The notes under the pieces were generated by a model that was given only the letters and a program-made list of their open reading frames with translations, was not told the DNA's origin and did not search any database. A stretch of DNA of 64,000 nt from Eledone cirrhosa (Eukaryota). The DNA lies in NCBI GenBank assembly GCA_964016885.1, contig OZ024740.1, positions 384,834,001 to 384,898,000 of the forward strand. The letters run 5' to 3'. This document shows positions 1 through 12,492 of this stretch, one piece after another (position 1 is the first letter of the stretch; the number at the start of each line of letters is the position of its first letter). The position numbers and the translations under genes were made by a program.

Positions 1-16
1 TACTTACTCACACTCT

Positions 17-24
17 ATGCAAAT
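17..24 (+). promoter_or_regulatory. Octamer motif ATGCAAAT in each 467-bp unit (mutated in unit 4 at 1420)
   Basis: Exact octamer, also kept in the diverged homolog at 17260-17267. Function is inferred only. Confidence 0.45.
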
Positions 25-109
25 TAGTCTGCCCACTACTAATTTTCATAGAAAAAGCATATAACGATATGTGCTTTTACGATTCTCTAGAGAGGCCGGA
101 AGATAGGTA

Positions 110-154
110 AATATTGCTGATGAGTTGTAACAACAACGAAACTAGTTCAATATT
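110..154 (+). ncRNA. Type I hammerhead ribozyme, copy 1
   Basis: Stem I aatattg(110-116)/caatatt(148-154); core CUGAUGA 117-123; stem II gttg-taacaa-caac 124-137; GAAA 138-141; palindromic stem III (a)ctag(t); predicted cleavage after GUU at 147. Stem I extends with bulges to ~82/177. Confidence 0.9.
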
Positions 155-576
155 CCTTGTCTGGCTTTCTGGAGAATAGAGGAGAGGTGTTTCCTCAAAA
201 ACCAGTATGACTCTAAAAACCGGTTTGTCTGTGTGTTTACATACAGAATAGCTGGCCACTCACAGTAAAGTGACCAGTGAAAAAACTTGGTACACCTACA
301 TATGTATACGTGTGTGTATTCATATACATACTAGTATTTCAGTATACATATATGGATGTACATCTTTAACTTAATTGTTTAAGCGTCAGTCATACAAAAG
401 TGAGTTACAAACGAAACGAAATTTAATTTCGTTTCGTTATTTGTTTTTATCGTCTCCGTTGAACCGGTACTTACTCACACTCTATGCAAATTAGTCTGCC
501 CACTACTAATTTTCATAGAAAAAGCATATAACGATATGTGCTTTTACGATTCTCTAGAGAGGCCGGAAGATAGGTA

Positions 577-621
577 AATATTGCTGATGAGTTGTAACAA
601 CAACGAAACTAGTTCAATATT
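577..621 (+). ncRNA. Type I hammerhead ribozyme, copy 2
   Basis: Same as 110-154, offset one 467-bp unit. Confidence 0.9.
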
Positions 622-1043
622 CCTTGTCTGGCTTTCTGGAGAATAGAGGAGAGGTGTTTCCTCAAAAACCAGTATGACTCTAAAAACCGGTTTGTCTGTG
701 TGTTTACATACAGAATAGCTGGCCACTCACAGTAAAGTGACCAGTGAAAAAACTTGGTACACCTACATATGTATACGTGTGTGTATTCATATACATACTA
801 GTATTTCAGTATACATATATGGATGTACATCTTTAACTTAATTGTTTAAGCGTCAGTCATACAAAAGTGAGTTACAAACGAAACGAAATTTAATTTCGTT
901 TCGTTATTTGTTTTTATCGTCTCCGTTGAACCGGTACTTACTCACACTCTATGCAAATTAGTCTGCCCACTACTAATTTTCATAGAAAAAGCATATAACG
1001 ATATGTGCTTTTACGATTCTCTAGAGAGGCCGGAAGATAGGTA

Positions 1044-1088
1044 AATATTGCTGATGAGTTGTAACAACAACGAAACTAGTTCAATATT
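1044..1088 (+). ncRNA. Type I hammerhead ribozyme, copy 3
   Basis: Same as 110-154. Confidence 0.9.
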
Positions 1089-1510
1089 CCTTGTCTGGCT
1101 TTCTGGAGAATAGAGGAGAGGTGTTTCCTCAAAAACCAGTATGACTCTAAAAACCGGTTTGTCTGTGTGTTTACATACAGAATAGCTGGCCACTCACAGT
1201 AAAGTGACCAGTGAAAAAACTTGGTACACCTACATATGTATACGTGTGTGTATTCATATACATACTAGTATTTCAGTATACATATATGGATGTACATCTT
1301 TAACTTAATTGTTTAAGCGTCAGTCATACAAAAGTGAGTTACAAACGAAACGAAATTTAATTTCGTTTCGTTATTTGTTTTTATCGTCTCCGTTGAACCG
1401 GTACTTACTCACACTCTATACAAATTAGTCTGCCCACTACTAATTTTCATAGAAAAAGCATATAACGATATGTGCTTTTACGATTCTCTAGAGAGGCCGG
1501 AAGATAGGTA

Positions 1511-1555
1511 AATATTGCTGATGAGTTGTAACAACAACGAAACTAGTTCAATATT
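1511..1555 (+). ncRNA. Type I hammerhead ribozyme, copy 4
   Basis: Same as 110-154. Confidence 0.9.
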
Positions 1556-1977
1556 CCTTGTCTGGCTTTCTGGAGAATAGAGGAGAGGTGTTTCCTCAAA
1601 AACCAGTATGACTCTAAAAACCGGTTTGTCTGTGTGTTTACATACAGAATAGCTGGCCACTCACAGTAAAGTGACCAGTGAAAAAACTTGGTACACCTAC
1701 ATATGTATACGTGTGTGTATTCATATACATACTAGTATTTCAGTATACATATATGGATGTACATCTTTAACTTAATTGTTTAAGCGTCAGTCATACAAAA
1801 GTGAGTTACAAACGAAACGAAATTTAATTTCGTTTCGTTATTTGTTTTTATCGTCTCCGTTGAACCGGTACTTACTCACACTCTATGCAAATTAGTCTGC
1901 CCACTACTAATTTTCATAGAAAAAGCATATAACGATATGTGCTTTTACGATTCTCTAGAGAGGCCGGAAGATAGGTA

Positions 1978-2022
1978 AATATTGCTGATGAGTTGTAACA
2001 ACAACGAAACTAGTTCAATATT
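1978..2022 (+). ncRNA. Type I hammerhead ribozyme, copy 5
   Basis: Same as 110-154. Confidence 0.9.
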
Positions 2023-2444
2023 CCTTGTCTGGCTTTCTGGAGAATAGAGGAGAGGTGTTTCCTCAAAAACCAGTATGACTCTAAAAACCGGTTTGTCTGT
2101 GTGTTTACATACAGAATAGCTGGCCACTCACAGTAAAGTGACCAGTGAAAAAACTTGGTACACCTACATATGTATACGTGTGTGTATTCATATACATACT
2201 AGTATTTCAGTATACATATATGGATGTACATCTTTAACTTAATTGTTTAAGCGTCAGTCATACAAAAGTGAGTTACAAACGAAACGAAATTTAATTTCGT
2301 TTCGTTATTTGTTTTTATCGTCTCCGTTGAACCGGTACTTACTCACACTCTATGCAAATTAGTCTGCCCACTACTAATTTTCATAGAAAAAGCATATAAC
2401 GATATGTGCTTTTACGATTCTCTAGAGAGGCCGGAAGATAGGTA

Positions 2445-2489
2445 AATATTGCTGATGAGTTGTAACAACAACGAAACTAGTTCAATATT
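2445..2489 (+). ncRNA. Type I hammerhead ribozyme, copy 6
   Basis: Same as 110-154. Confidence 0.9.
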
Positions 2490-2911
2490 CCTTGTCTGGC
2501 TTTCTGGAGAATAGAGGAGAGGTGTTTCCTCAAAAACCAGTATGACTCTAAAAACCGGTTTGTCTGTGTGTTTACATACAGAATAGCTGGCCACTCACAG
2601 TAAAGTGACCAGTGAAAAAACTTGGTACACCTACATATGTATACGTGTGTGTATTCATATACATACTAGTATTTCAGTATACATATATGGATGTACATCT
2701 TTAACTTAATTGTTTAAGCGTCAGTCATACAAAAGTGAGTTACAAACGAAACGAAATTTAATTTCGTTTCGTTATTTGTTTTTATCGTCTCCGTTGAACC
2801 GGTACTTACTCACACTCTATGCAAATTAGTCTGCCCACTACTAATTTTCATAGAAAAAGCATATAACGATATGTGCTTTTACGATTCTCTAGAGAGGCCG
2901 GAAGATAGGTA

Positions 2912-2956
2912 AATATTGCTGATGAGTTGTAACAACAACGAAACTAGTTCAATATT
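2912..2956 (+). ncRNA. Type I hammerhead ribozyme, copy 7
   Basis: Same as 110-154. Confidence 0.9.
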
Positions 2957-3378
2957 CCTTGTCTGGCTTTCTGGAGAATAGAGGAGAGGTGTTTCCTCAA
3001 AAACCAGTATGACTCTAAAAACCGGTTTGTCTGTGTGTTTACATACAGAATAGCTGGCCACTCACAGTAAAGTGACCAGTGAAAAAACTTGGTACACCTA
3101 CATATGTATACGTGTGTGTATTCATATACATACTAGTATTTCAGTATACATATATGGATGTACATCTTTAACTTAATTGTTTAAGCGTCAGTCATACAAA
3201 AGTGAGTTACAAACGAAACGAAATTTAATTTCGTTTCGTTATTTGTTTTTATCGTCTCCGTTGAACCGGTACTTACTCACACTCTATGCAAATTAGTCTG
3301 CCCACTACTAATTTTCATAGAAAAAGCATATAACGATATGTGCTTTTACGATTCTCTAGAGAGGCCGGAAGATAGGTA

Positions 3379-3423
3379 AATATTGCTGATGAGTTGTAAC
3401 AACAACGAAACTAGTTCAATATT
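3379..3423 (+). ncRNA. Type I hammerhead ribozyme, copy 8
   Basis: Same as 110-154. Confidence 0.9.
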
Positions 3424-3845
3424 CCTTGTCTGGCTTTCTGGAGAATAGAGGAGAGGTGTTTCCTCAAAAACCAGTATGACTCTAAAAACCGGTTTGTCTG
3501 TGTGTTTACATACAGAATAGCTGGCCACTCACAGTAAAGTGACCAGTGAAAAAACTTGGTACACCTACATATGTATACGTGTGTGTATTCATATACATAC
3601 TAGTATTTCAGTATACATATATGGATGTACATCTTTAACTTAATTGTTTAAGCGTCAGTCATACAAAAGTGAGTTACAAACGAAACGAAATTTAATTTCG
3701 TTTCGTTATTTGTTTTTATCGTCTCCGTTGAACCGGTACTTACTCACACTCTATGCAAATTAGTCTGCCCACTACTAATTTTCATAGAAAAAGCATATAA
3801 CGATATGTGCTTTTACGATTCTCTAGAGAGGCCGGAAGATAGGTA

Positions 3846-3890
3846 AATATTGCTGATGAGTTGTAACAACAACGAAACTAGTTCAATATT
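3846..3890 (+). ncRNA. Type I hammerhead ribozyme, copy 9
   Basis: Same as 110-154. Confidence 0.9.
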
Positions 3891-4312
3891 CCTTGTCTGG
3901 CTTTCTGGAGAATAGAGGAGAGGTGTTTCCTCAAAAACCAGTATGACTCTAAAAACCGGCTTGTCTGTGTGTTTACATACAGAATAGCTGGCCACTCACA
4001 GTAAAGTGACCAGTGAAAAAACTTGGTACACCTACATATGTATACGTGTGTGTATTCATATACATACTAGTATTTCAGTATACATATATGGATGTACATC
4101 TTTAACTTAATTGTTTAAGCGTCAGTCATACAAAAGTGAGTTACAAACGAAACGAAATTTAATTTCGTTTCGTTATTTGTTTTTATCGTCTCCGTTGAAC
4201 CGGTACTTACTCACACTCTATGCAAATTAGTCTGCCCACTACTAATTTTCATAGAAAAAGCATATAACGATATGTGCTTTTACGATTCTCTAGAGAGGCC
4301 GGAAGATAGGTA

Positions 4313-4357
4313 AATATTGCTGATGAGTTGTAACAACAACGAAACTAGTTCAATATT
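4313..4357 (+). ncRNA. Type I hammerhead ribozyme, copy 10
   Basis: Same as 110-154. Confidence 0.9.
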
Positions 4358-4779
4358 CCTTGTCTGGCTTTCTGGAGAATAGAGGAGAGGTGTTTCCTCA
4401 AAAACCAGTATGACTCTAAAAACCGGTTTGTCTGTGTGTTTACATACAGAATAGCTGGCCACTCACAGTAAAGTGACCAGTGAAAAAACTTGGTACACCT
4501 ACATATGTATACGTGTGTGTATTCATATACATACTAGTATTTCAGTATACATATATGGATGTACATCTTTAACTTAATTGTTTAAGCGTCAGTCATACAA
4601 AAGTGAGTTACAAACGAAACGAAATTTAATTTCGTTTCGTTATTTGTTTTTATCGTCTCCGTTGAACCGGTACTTACTCACACTCTATGCAAATTAGTCT
4701 GCCCACTACTAATTTTCATAGAAAAAGCATATAACGATATGTGCTTTTACGATTCTCTAGAGAGGCCGGAAGATAGGTA

Positions 4780-4824
4780 AATATTGCTGATGAGTTGTAA
4801 CAACAACGAAACTAGTTCAATATT
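4780..4824 (+). ncRNA. Type I hammerhead ribozyme, copy 11
   Basis: Same as 110-154. Confidence 0.9.
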
Positions 4825-5113
4825 CCTTGTCTGGCTTTCTGGAGAATAGAGGAGAGGTGTTTCCTCAAAAACCAGTATGACTCTAAAAACCGGTTTGTCT
4901 GTGTGTTTACATACAGAATAGCTGGCCACTCACAGTAAAGTGACCAGTGAAAAAACTTGGTACACCTACATATGTATACGTGTGTGTATTCATATACATA
5001 CTAGTATTTCAGTATACATATATGGATGTACATCTTTAACTTAATTGTTTAAGCGTCAGTCATACAAAAGTGAGTTACAAACGAAACGAAATTTAATTTC
5101 GTTTCGTTATTTG

Positions 5114-5462
<349 letters not shown>

Positions 5463-5479
5463 TACAAAGATACAAAACG

Positions 5480-5712
5480 CATATTTTTTCGGAACGAAGG
5501 AAAATTCGATTCGCGCACATCACGTGGCACGGTATTCTAGTCACTATTGGGCATTTTTAATCCTGAAACGTCAATGAAGTTGTCATTGTTATTACGCTGA
5601 CGATAGCTTCTCCGCTTTTCATTTCCTCCAAAGGAAAGCAGCTCTTAATGATCCGTTTTCTATGATGTGAAGGTTTATCAGCGGCTGAAATCCATCAAAG
5701 TCTTACCATCTC
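5480..5712 (+). mobile_element. mariner-like transposon 5' remnant (N-terminal HTH)
   Basis: ~5602-5705 reads ASPLFISSKGKQLLMIRFL*CEGLSAAEIHQSL, resembling the mariner N-terminal HTH (IRFL..G...AEIH..L). Confidence 0.55.
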
Positions 5713-5964
5713 AGAGTTGCTGCCGCGTACTGTCTACGAATTCTTTTATTCCCGTATATCTAAATGATGGTGCATCACATAAGGGAACTTAAGAAGAATT
5801 CATCGACATCAATTTTTCTGACGCAATGTTTCTATCATTCACCTTTTTGTCAAAGAGCAGACAGATAAAATACATATACAAACACAACCGGCACTTGCAT
5901 GTTATGAATGTAAATGTGTGTCTGTGTGTTTTGCATATATATAATATTATATATATATATATAT

Positions 5965-6675
5965 ATATATCACGATAAATTAACGGAGCCATAGGCCCAG
6001 TGCGCTATCAATAAAACGGAAAAGAACCACCAGTGTATGGAATCTATAACCTATGAAGGGCAGACTATAGACACGATAATTAAAAATATAAATTAAAGCG
6101 TAAATAAATACCTTTATAACTATATAACACCCGTACAAATCCAAAGATACTAATCCTAAGATATGTTTCACCAGTAATTTGTTGAAAGAAATGGATCAAC
6201 CTCGGTTCATCAGCGTGTGTAAGGCTATACATTTCAGACAACACTAAGAGAATTTTAAAAGTGACTGTCCAGCTACACATGGGAGAGAGAAGTCACAGCG
6301 TGTTTAAGGGCAGTGAACCAGTGGCCTCTGATGGACGAACTGCTAGAAAGGGCAGCGCAAAGCCACTTAGAGAAGTGTGCTCAACGAAACAGAGAGATAG
6401 GAAAGACTGTTATAAGGAGCGAAATATCACGATAAGTTAACGGAGCCATAGGCCCTCGCTATTCCCTTTAAATAATGTGCTCAAAGGAGAAGAAATCCTG
6501 AGCTCTTCAAAATACAATATGTTGAACAGGTAACACACCAGAAAGAGATATACAGTGCGCTATCAATAAAAACCACCAGTCTATGGAATCTATAACATAT
6601 GAAGGGCAGACTATAGACACGATAATTAAAAATATAAATTAAAGCGTAAATAAATACCTTTATAACTATATAACA
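5965..6675 (-). mobile_element. Partial tandem repeat between (TA)n tracts, PLE pLTR/retrozyme-like, with a degenerate HHR at ~6155-6225
   Basis: 5968-5999 recurs at ~6424 and 6000-6128 recurs at ~6554-6673. The minus strand has CUGAUGA-acc...ggt-GAAA-cata-UC but a poor stem I. Confidence 0.5.
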
Positions 6676-8344
6676 TATATATATATATAACTATATAACA
6701 TATATTGTTATACTTTGTATAACAATATTGGTTTCAACACACGATTTCAGATAAAGAATCTTGCTAAACAAATTCAGAAACGAAATATATAACATATATA
6801 TATATATAAAACTGCAAGTTTGAAGAATTATTAGATAAAATATATCCAGTTTTTCTTCACTCTAGTCCGTGGAAATGAACTAGATAAATGATTATTTAAA
6901 CGGGGCTATAAGTTTAAAATACAACTATCAAGGAGTAATAGACAAATGACACAGGTTATTTTCCTCGAGGTACAGTCGGATAAAATTTATTGTTAGGGCA
7001 GACATATCCGAAATGTCTTCACAAGTTTAGCGCCACATATTCGGTGACTATTGCTAAATGTCTACCTTCATACTGCTTTTTATCACGACTACAACAGCTA
7101 CTAAATTTATCTCATTCCAAAGATCTACAAATGTTTCATAACACTACATTCACAATTGTTTTGTAACACTTACTTGTATCAAAAAACGCGAATCCTGTTG
7201 AGACATGTTGGTCACACACAGCGAGAGTAAAAAAAATTCCAAATGGCTTAACCTTACTATTCCTTAACTATTATAGATTTGTTTCAACTTTATTGCTTTT
7301 AATGTTCTCTTCAATAAATATTGCTGATCATATTAATGTAATGTGAATAAAATTTAATAAAGTTAACTCTAGGTTATATAATGCAGTCCTGCAAATTGGA
7401 TAAAATGCTTTCGTTCATACTTCTAATAACGTGTCACAGGCTAGCAGATTCCCATCTATACTGTTAAGAATAATCTTTAAAATCTTAAATGCTTATATTT
7501 CGCCATTTTCAAAGAACTTAGTTTTGTTACGATATACTAATTTAAAATGTTGGCTTAAATAAATTTTGTTATTCATAATAATATTATATCAGCAAAATGT
7601 AATGAAGTTAGCTTGTACGCATATAATTCAACATGGGTTAGTTGGAATAATGTGTGAGACAGCAAAAGAAAATCTGATTGAAACAGTCTGCAAATGAAAA
7701 GGTATGAGAAGCCCTGCTGGACCATCGTCTCTTTGATCAGTCGCTGCTAATACAAGTGACAGTAACAGATCAAAGATATAAGATAAAAACATTATAGCCA
7801 AGTAATTACATCTCGTTATGTTATTACAATGACGTCTGAACCATTTCCATTTACACACTGAGCAATGTCCTTACTCTTTTCTAAATAAAATTATTGCAAA
7901 ATCATTTTTTTTTAAGTTTCTTGCTATTTTGTGAACATAACGCTTTAAAGCAAAGAAAGTAAAACACTTAAAGTTTGGATGAAATGTATTTAAATTTACC
8001 CTAAGGAAGTGTGTTATAGTCATAGATCTGAAAGAAAAATCGGCTGGAAATGGGATTGTTGTCGAGAACAAGAAATTATTTTACCAAGCAGACTCTCTCA
8101 TATACCGAAAACTAAAGTAGGCACTCATTTGATTCAACTCAGATAGTATGGACAGTTTGAATGGATATGTGCAACATAATCAATTGATATTTTCAATCTT
8201 TAGAGATTATAATATCAGTATTCCACTATTGTGTGGCACTAGTTGATGATAAGATCCAGAAATGTATCATACACAAAGGTGTTACCTACAAATAAAAAAA
8301 ATGTATTTCAAAGTATTTGAGACAATAATGAAAGCTGGGTGGTA

Positions 8345-8625
8345 CGTGTAAAAGCCAAACTCACTATTTTCAAATCAGTTTTCGTGCAAACCATTACCTA
8401 TGCACATGAATCTTGGGTAATGATTCAAAGAGTACGATCGCGAATACAAAGGGCTGAAATGAGGTTCCTCCAAGGGTCTTTGGAGTAATGTTACTCGATA
8501 GAGTGTCTAGTTCGGAGATCAGAAAGTCACTCCGGGTAGGGCCGCTACTTTTTCGAAATTAAAGATCACGGCTCCGAAGCTATGGGCATGTGGTTAGAAT
8601 GTCTCAGGAAAGAATCGCTGGTCAG
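8345..8625 (+). mobile_element. RTE-clade LINE fragment (post-RT region)
   Basis: KAKLTIFKSVFVQTITYAHESWVM..RVRSRIQRAEMRFL...LRSYGHVVRM. Confidence 0.8.
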
Positions 8626-8658
8626 ATTCACAGGGAAAAACCAGCCGCCAGGACCCTC

Positions 8659-9680
8659 ATGGGTAGCTGTGTATATTATTAGGTACAGTGCGGGAATTCT
8701 GAAATGGAATGTTACTGAACAAAAAGAAATGGATAGAAAGTCTAGGAAGCTAATGACTACCTACAGTATGTTCCGCAAGAGGAGTGATGTTGATAGCCCC
8801 TACCTAAAGAGATCTGAAGGTTGAAGTGGTGTTAACAGCATACAGGACTGTGTTCGGATGGAGAAAGGCAGTCTGCACAAATATGTGTCTGAGAGTAGGG
8901 AGCCAATGTTCAAAGTTGTACTGAAGGAGAAGACATTAGACCAAAGGATGTCGAAGGAGGAAGTAACAAGAAAAAGGCATAGCAACCTTAATGAAAATCC
9001 CTTCATAGCACATCTTTCTTAAGAAAATGGAATTCAGTGATCTACAGACAGGGAGATGGTTAGAAAGAGGAAACTTTTAAAAGGTACAGGAGGAGTCTAG
9101 CTCACTCTGTAGGATCTGTAGAGAGAGAGGAGACTGTTGCTCACGTCGTATCCGAATGTAAAGACCTAGCCCAGACTCACTATATAGGCTGGAGGCATGA
9201 TATAATAGGAAATGCGATTCACTGGCATTTATGCAAACTAAATAATTTACCACATTCTGGGGGTGGTATAAGAAATTAGAACACAATAGGTCTGACCTCG
9301 TGGCTTTTGACAAGGAAAAAAGATCGTGCCTGATTGTAGATGTAGCTTGCCCCTTTGACACAAGAGTGCAAGAAAAGGAGAAGAAAATTAACCGATACCA
9401 GAATTTAAAGTGGGAATTAAAAATGATTTGGGACTGTCATGAGATCAAGGTCGTCCCGATTACCATAGGAGCACTAGGTACTATCTCGAAAAAGTTTTAA
9501 GGATGGTTAAAGAACATTAGTCCGGCCACCTTTTTTGGGACACTTCAAAAACCATGCTTGCTTGGAACAGCAAGAACCCTCCGATACGTCCTGAATATCA
9601 GAGGCTGCAGGTAGCGGCTTGATGTTCATTTGAACAAACTTTCCTGTTAAATCGCATCAATGACTGAGACTCCGAGAAAA
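8659..9680 (+). mobile_element. R4/Dong-like LINE 3' part (zinc knuckle plus restriction-like endonuclease), decayed
   Basis: IRYSAGILKW...DRKSRKLMT; CRIC..ETVAHVVSEC; NRSDLV...IVDVACPFD...KINRYQNL...VVPITIGALG. Confidence 0.85.
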
Positions 9681-10164
9681 CCACCACCACCACCGCCACG
9701 AACGCAACCCGACCCCACCACCAACCCACCACCACCAACACCAACAACAACAACACCACATTTAGAAGCATTTGCTCGTTCTTTAAATGACATTACGTAC
9801 TTTAGAAAATCTTTGACAATATTTGTATTGTTATAATGATACTCCATTATCAACATGAAATTGTAAAGAATGATTAATTATTTTCTTCCGCCTGTACATC
9901 TATGCTAATTTAAAATGCAAATGGAATGTACTGTAATGACGACATGAATGAACAGCAGAATGCAAAACAAAAATACGTGCTGTACTTACACATTGGTTCT
10001 ATTTCATATAAAAGTAGCCATCACTAGTGTTATATAGCATTATATATATATATGCGTGTGTTTGTGTGTATGTGTGTATGTGTGTGTGTAGTATATTTGG
10101 CCCTATATAGTATGTTTAATTAAAATATTTAGAAGACCATTCGTTATAAGTTTTTTAAAATATA

Positions 10165-10540
10165 CTATACATACATTCATGTATACATTGCTATATCAGA
10201 GCACCAACCCTAATACCTAATTTTTGCTGGACCAGCCATCGCTCTGTTTAATCAGCTCCTGATTATTACTGGAATTCTATAAGAACACAGCTTCTAAATC
10301 TTCGGCGAAGGCAGGGGAGTATGTGGTTTTGATAAACGCCAATACGCGAGAAACAGATGTCAATCACTCTCCCTCTCTTTTCGCCGAAAATTAGTAAGCG
10401 ACATAGTCACTACTTTAAAACTCATAGCGAATGGTATTCTAAATGTTTTTAATTAAATAAAAACTGTTTATTGCCAAATATGCTATACATACATTCATGT
10501 ATACCTCACTATTTCAGAACACCAATGCTAAAATACTAAT
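10165..10540. repeat. Diverged ~55-bp direct repeats about 318 bp apart
   Basis: tatacatacattcatgtatac...ctat.tcag..cacca at ~10167 and ~10485; the interior has complementary cttcggcgaa/ttcgccgaa. Confidence 0.55.
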
Positions 10541-10548
10541 GTGTGTAT

Positions 10549-10861
<313 letters not shown>

Positions 10862-10862
10862 A

Positions 10863-11050
10863 GTAAAAATTACCGAGAATCGAACTTCAGCTCAGGAATT
10901 AACGAAAATCACTTTCGAGTTGTGTGGCAAGCGCTCGATAATTCATATGAATTAGAGCTTACAACTTACGTTAAAGGCCAAACACACTGAGATGGTGGTT
11001 AAACTAATCATCTGCACAGCGAAAATTCGATCGCCTAATTCGGGTCAAAC
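10863..11050. repeat. Diverged partial copy of the 571-bp family
   Basis: Shares cgttaaaggccaaacacactgaga, aacgaaaa and aattcgggt with 11302-11487. Confidence 0.75.
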
Positions 11051-11082
<32 letters not shown>

Positions 11083-11085
<3 letters not shown>

Positions 11086-11266
11086 CGAATTACTTGATCG
11101 TTTTTTTGGCTATGCGAATGATTGTTTAACCATCGCCTCAGTGTGTTTGGCCTTTAACGTTTGTTATAGCTCTGGTTCTTCTGAATCATTGAGCACTTGC
11201 CGCACATCTCGGAGGTTGTTTTTCGTTATTTCGTGGGCCGAAATGTGAATCTCGATAATTTATGTT

Positions 11267-11305
<39 letters not shown>

Positions 11306-12326
11306 ATAAATTATCGAATTCACATTTCGGCCCACGAAATAACGAAAAACAACCTCCGAGATGTGCGGCAAGTGCTCAATGATCCAGAAGAACCAGAGCT
11401 TTAACAAACGTTAAAGGCCAAACACACTGAGACGATGGTTAAACAATCATTCGCATAGCCAAAAAAACGAACAAGTAATTCGGGTATTGTAAATTTACCC
11501 GGACCGGTGGAAGGTTGGTAAAATCCAGTATATGAGTTTCTGCGGCTTAAATCAAGTACCGTCCGCTTACATATATAATGTCAGGTAAGATGATTGAACA
11601 AGGAAGCCACTTTCTCAACAGGTTTTAGTTCAATGTCAATACAAGGATTGACTATTGCTGACCCCACGTGGGGATCGGTAAGGGAGGCAACCCCTATATC
11701 TGGCGAATGAATTCAGTTGTGTATATTCTTAGAAGACTGCAAAAACATCACAAATCGAATAGAGTTCTCAACAGAAAGGTTAAAATTAACATAAGCTATT
11801 CATCAGTCAATAGAATCAACTAAAAAATAAAGAAAATTAACTGGTCAATAGCTAGAGTCTGGAGAATAATACAAACATAAATTATCGAGATTCGCGTTTC
11901 GGCCCACGAAATAACGAAAAACAACCTCCGAGATGTGCGGCAAGTGCTCAATGATTCAGAAGAACCAGAGCTATAACAAACGTTAAAGGCCAAACACACT
12001 GAGACGATGGTTAAACAATCATTCGCATAGCCAAAAAAACGATCAAGTAATTCGGGTATTGAAAATTTACCCGGAGCCCTGGAAGGTTGTTAAAGTCCAG
12101 TATATGGGTTTCTGCGGCTCCTAAATCAAGTACCGTCTGCTTACATATATAATGTCAGGCTTCTGGTAAGATGATTGAACAAGGAAGCCACTTTCTCAAC
12201 AGGTTTTAGTTCAATGTTAATACAAGGATTGACTATTGCTGACCCCACGTGGGGATAGGCAAGGGCGGCAACCCCTATATCTGGCGAATGAATTCAGTTG
12301 TGTATAATCTTGCAAGAATGCAAAAA
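11083..12326. mobile_element. 571-bp tandem family (11302-11872, 11873-12326) plus an inverted partial copy (11083-11270), anchored in (TA)n
   Basis: aaacataaattatcga at ~11302 and ~11873; 11083-11270 is the reverse complement of ~11300-11487 across a TA tract. Confidence 0.8.
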
Positions 12327-12374
<48 letters not shown>

Positions 12375-12434
12375 AATAAAATAACAGGAGGCCGGACAAG
12401 TTGAATTCCCTTAACTATTTATTTATTCTTGAAA

Positions 12435-12492
12435 ACACTATGCACATTTCTGTGACTAGGCTGCGTAAGAATCCGATGACATCATCAGGTGT
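12435..12492 (-). ncRNA. Type I hammerhead ribozyme at a PLE-like 3' end
   Basis: Minus strand: acac-CUGAUGA-tgt...aca-GAAA-tgtgca-UA-gtgt, followed by AATAAA and a (TA)n junction. Confidence 0.75.

Noticed and set aside
77-4929. Eleven identical 60-aa minus-strand ORFs (MASYSVCK...)
   Set aside because: Antisense to the ribozyme, begins at GTG, has no recognisable domain, and is identical only because the DNA is repeated
5570-5610. GAAACGUC...CUGACGA as a type II HHR
   Set aside because: Stems do not abut the core, and the region is better explained as a mariner 5' end
11524-11562. Minus-strand HHR-like cggta-cttgatt...gaaa-ctcata-tactg
   Set aside because: Core lacks G8/A9 and there is no stem II or III
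11645-11720. HDV-like ribozyme (cacgt loop, ggcgaatg) in the 571-bp unit
   Set aside because: Could not assign P1/P1.1/P2; explained by two simple hairpins
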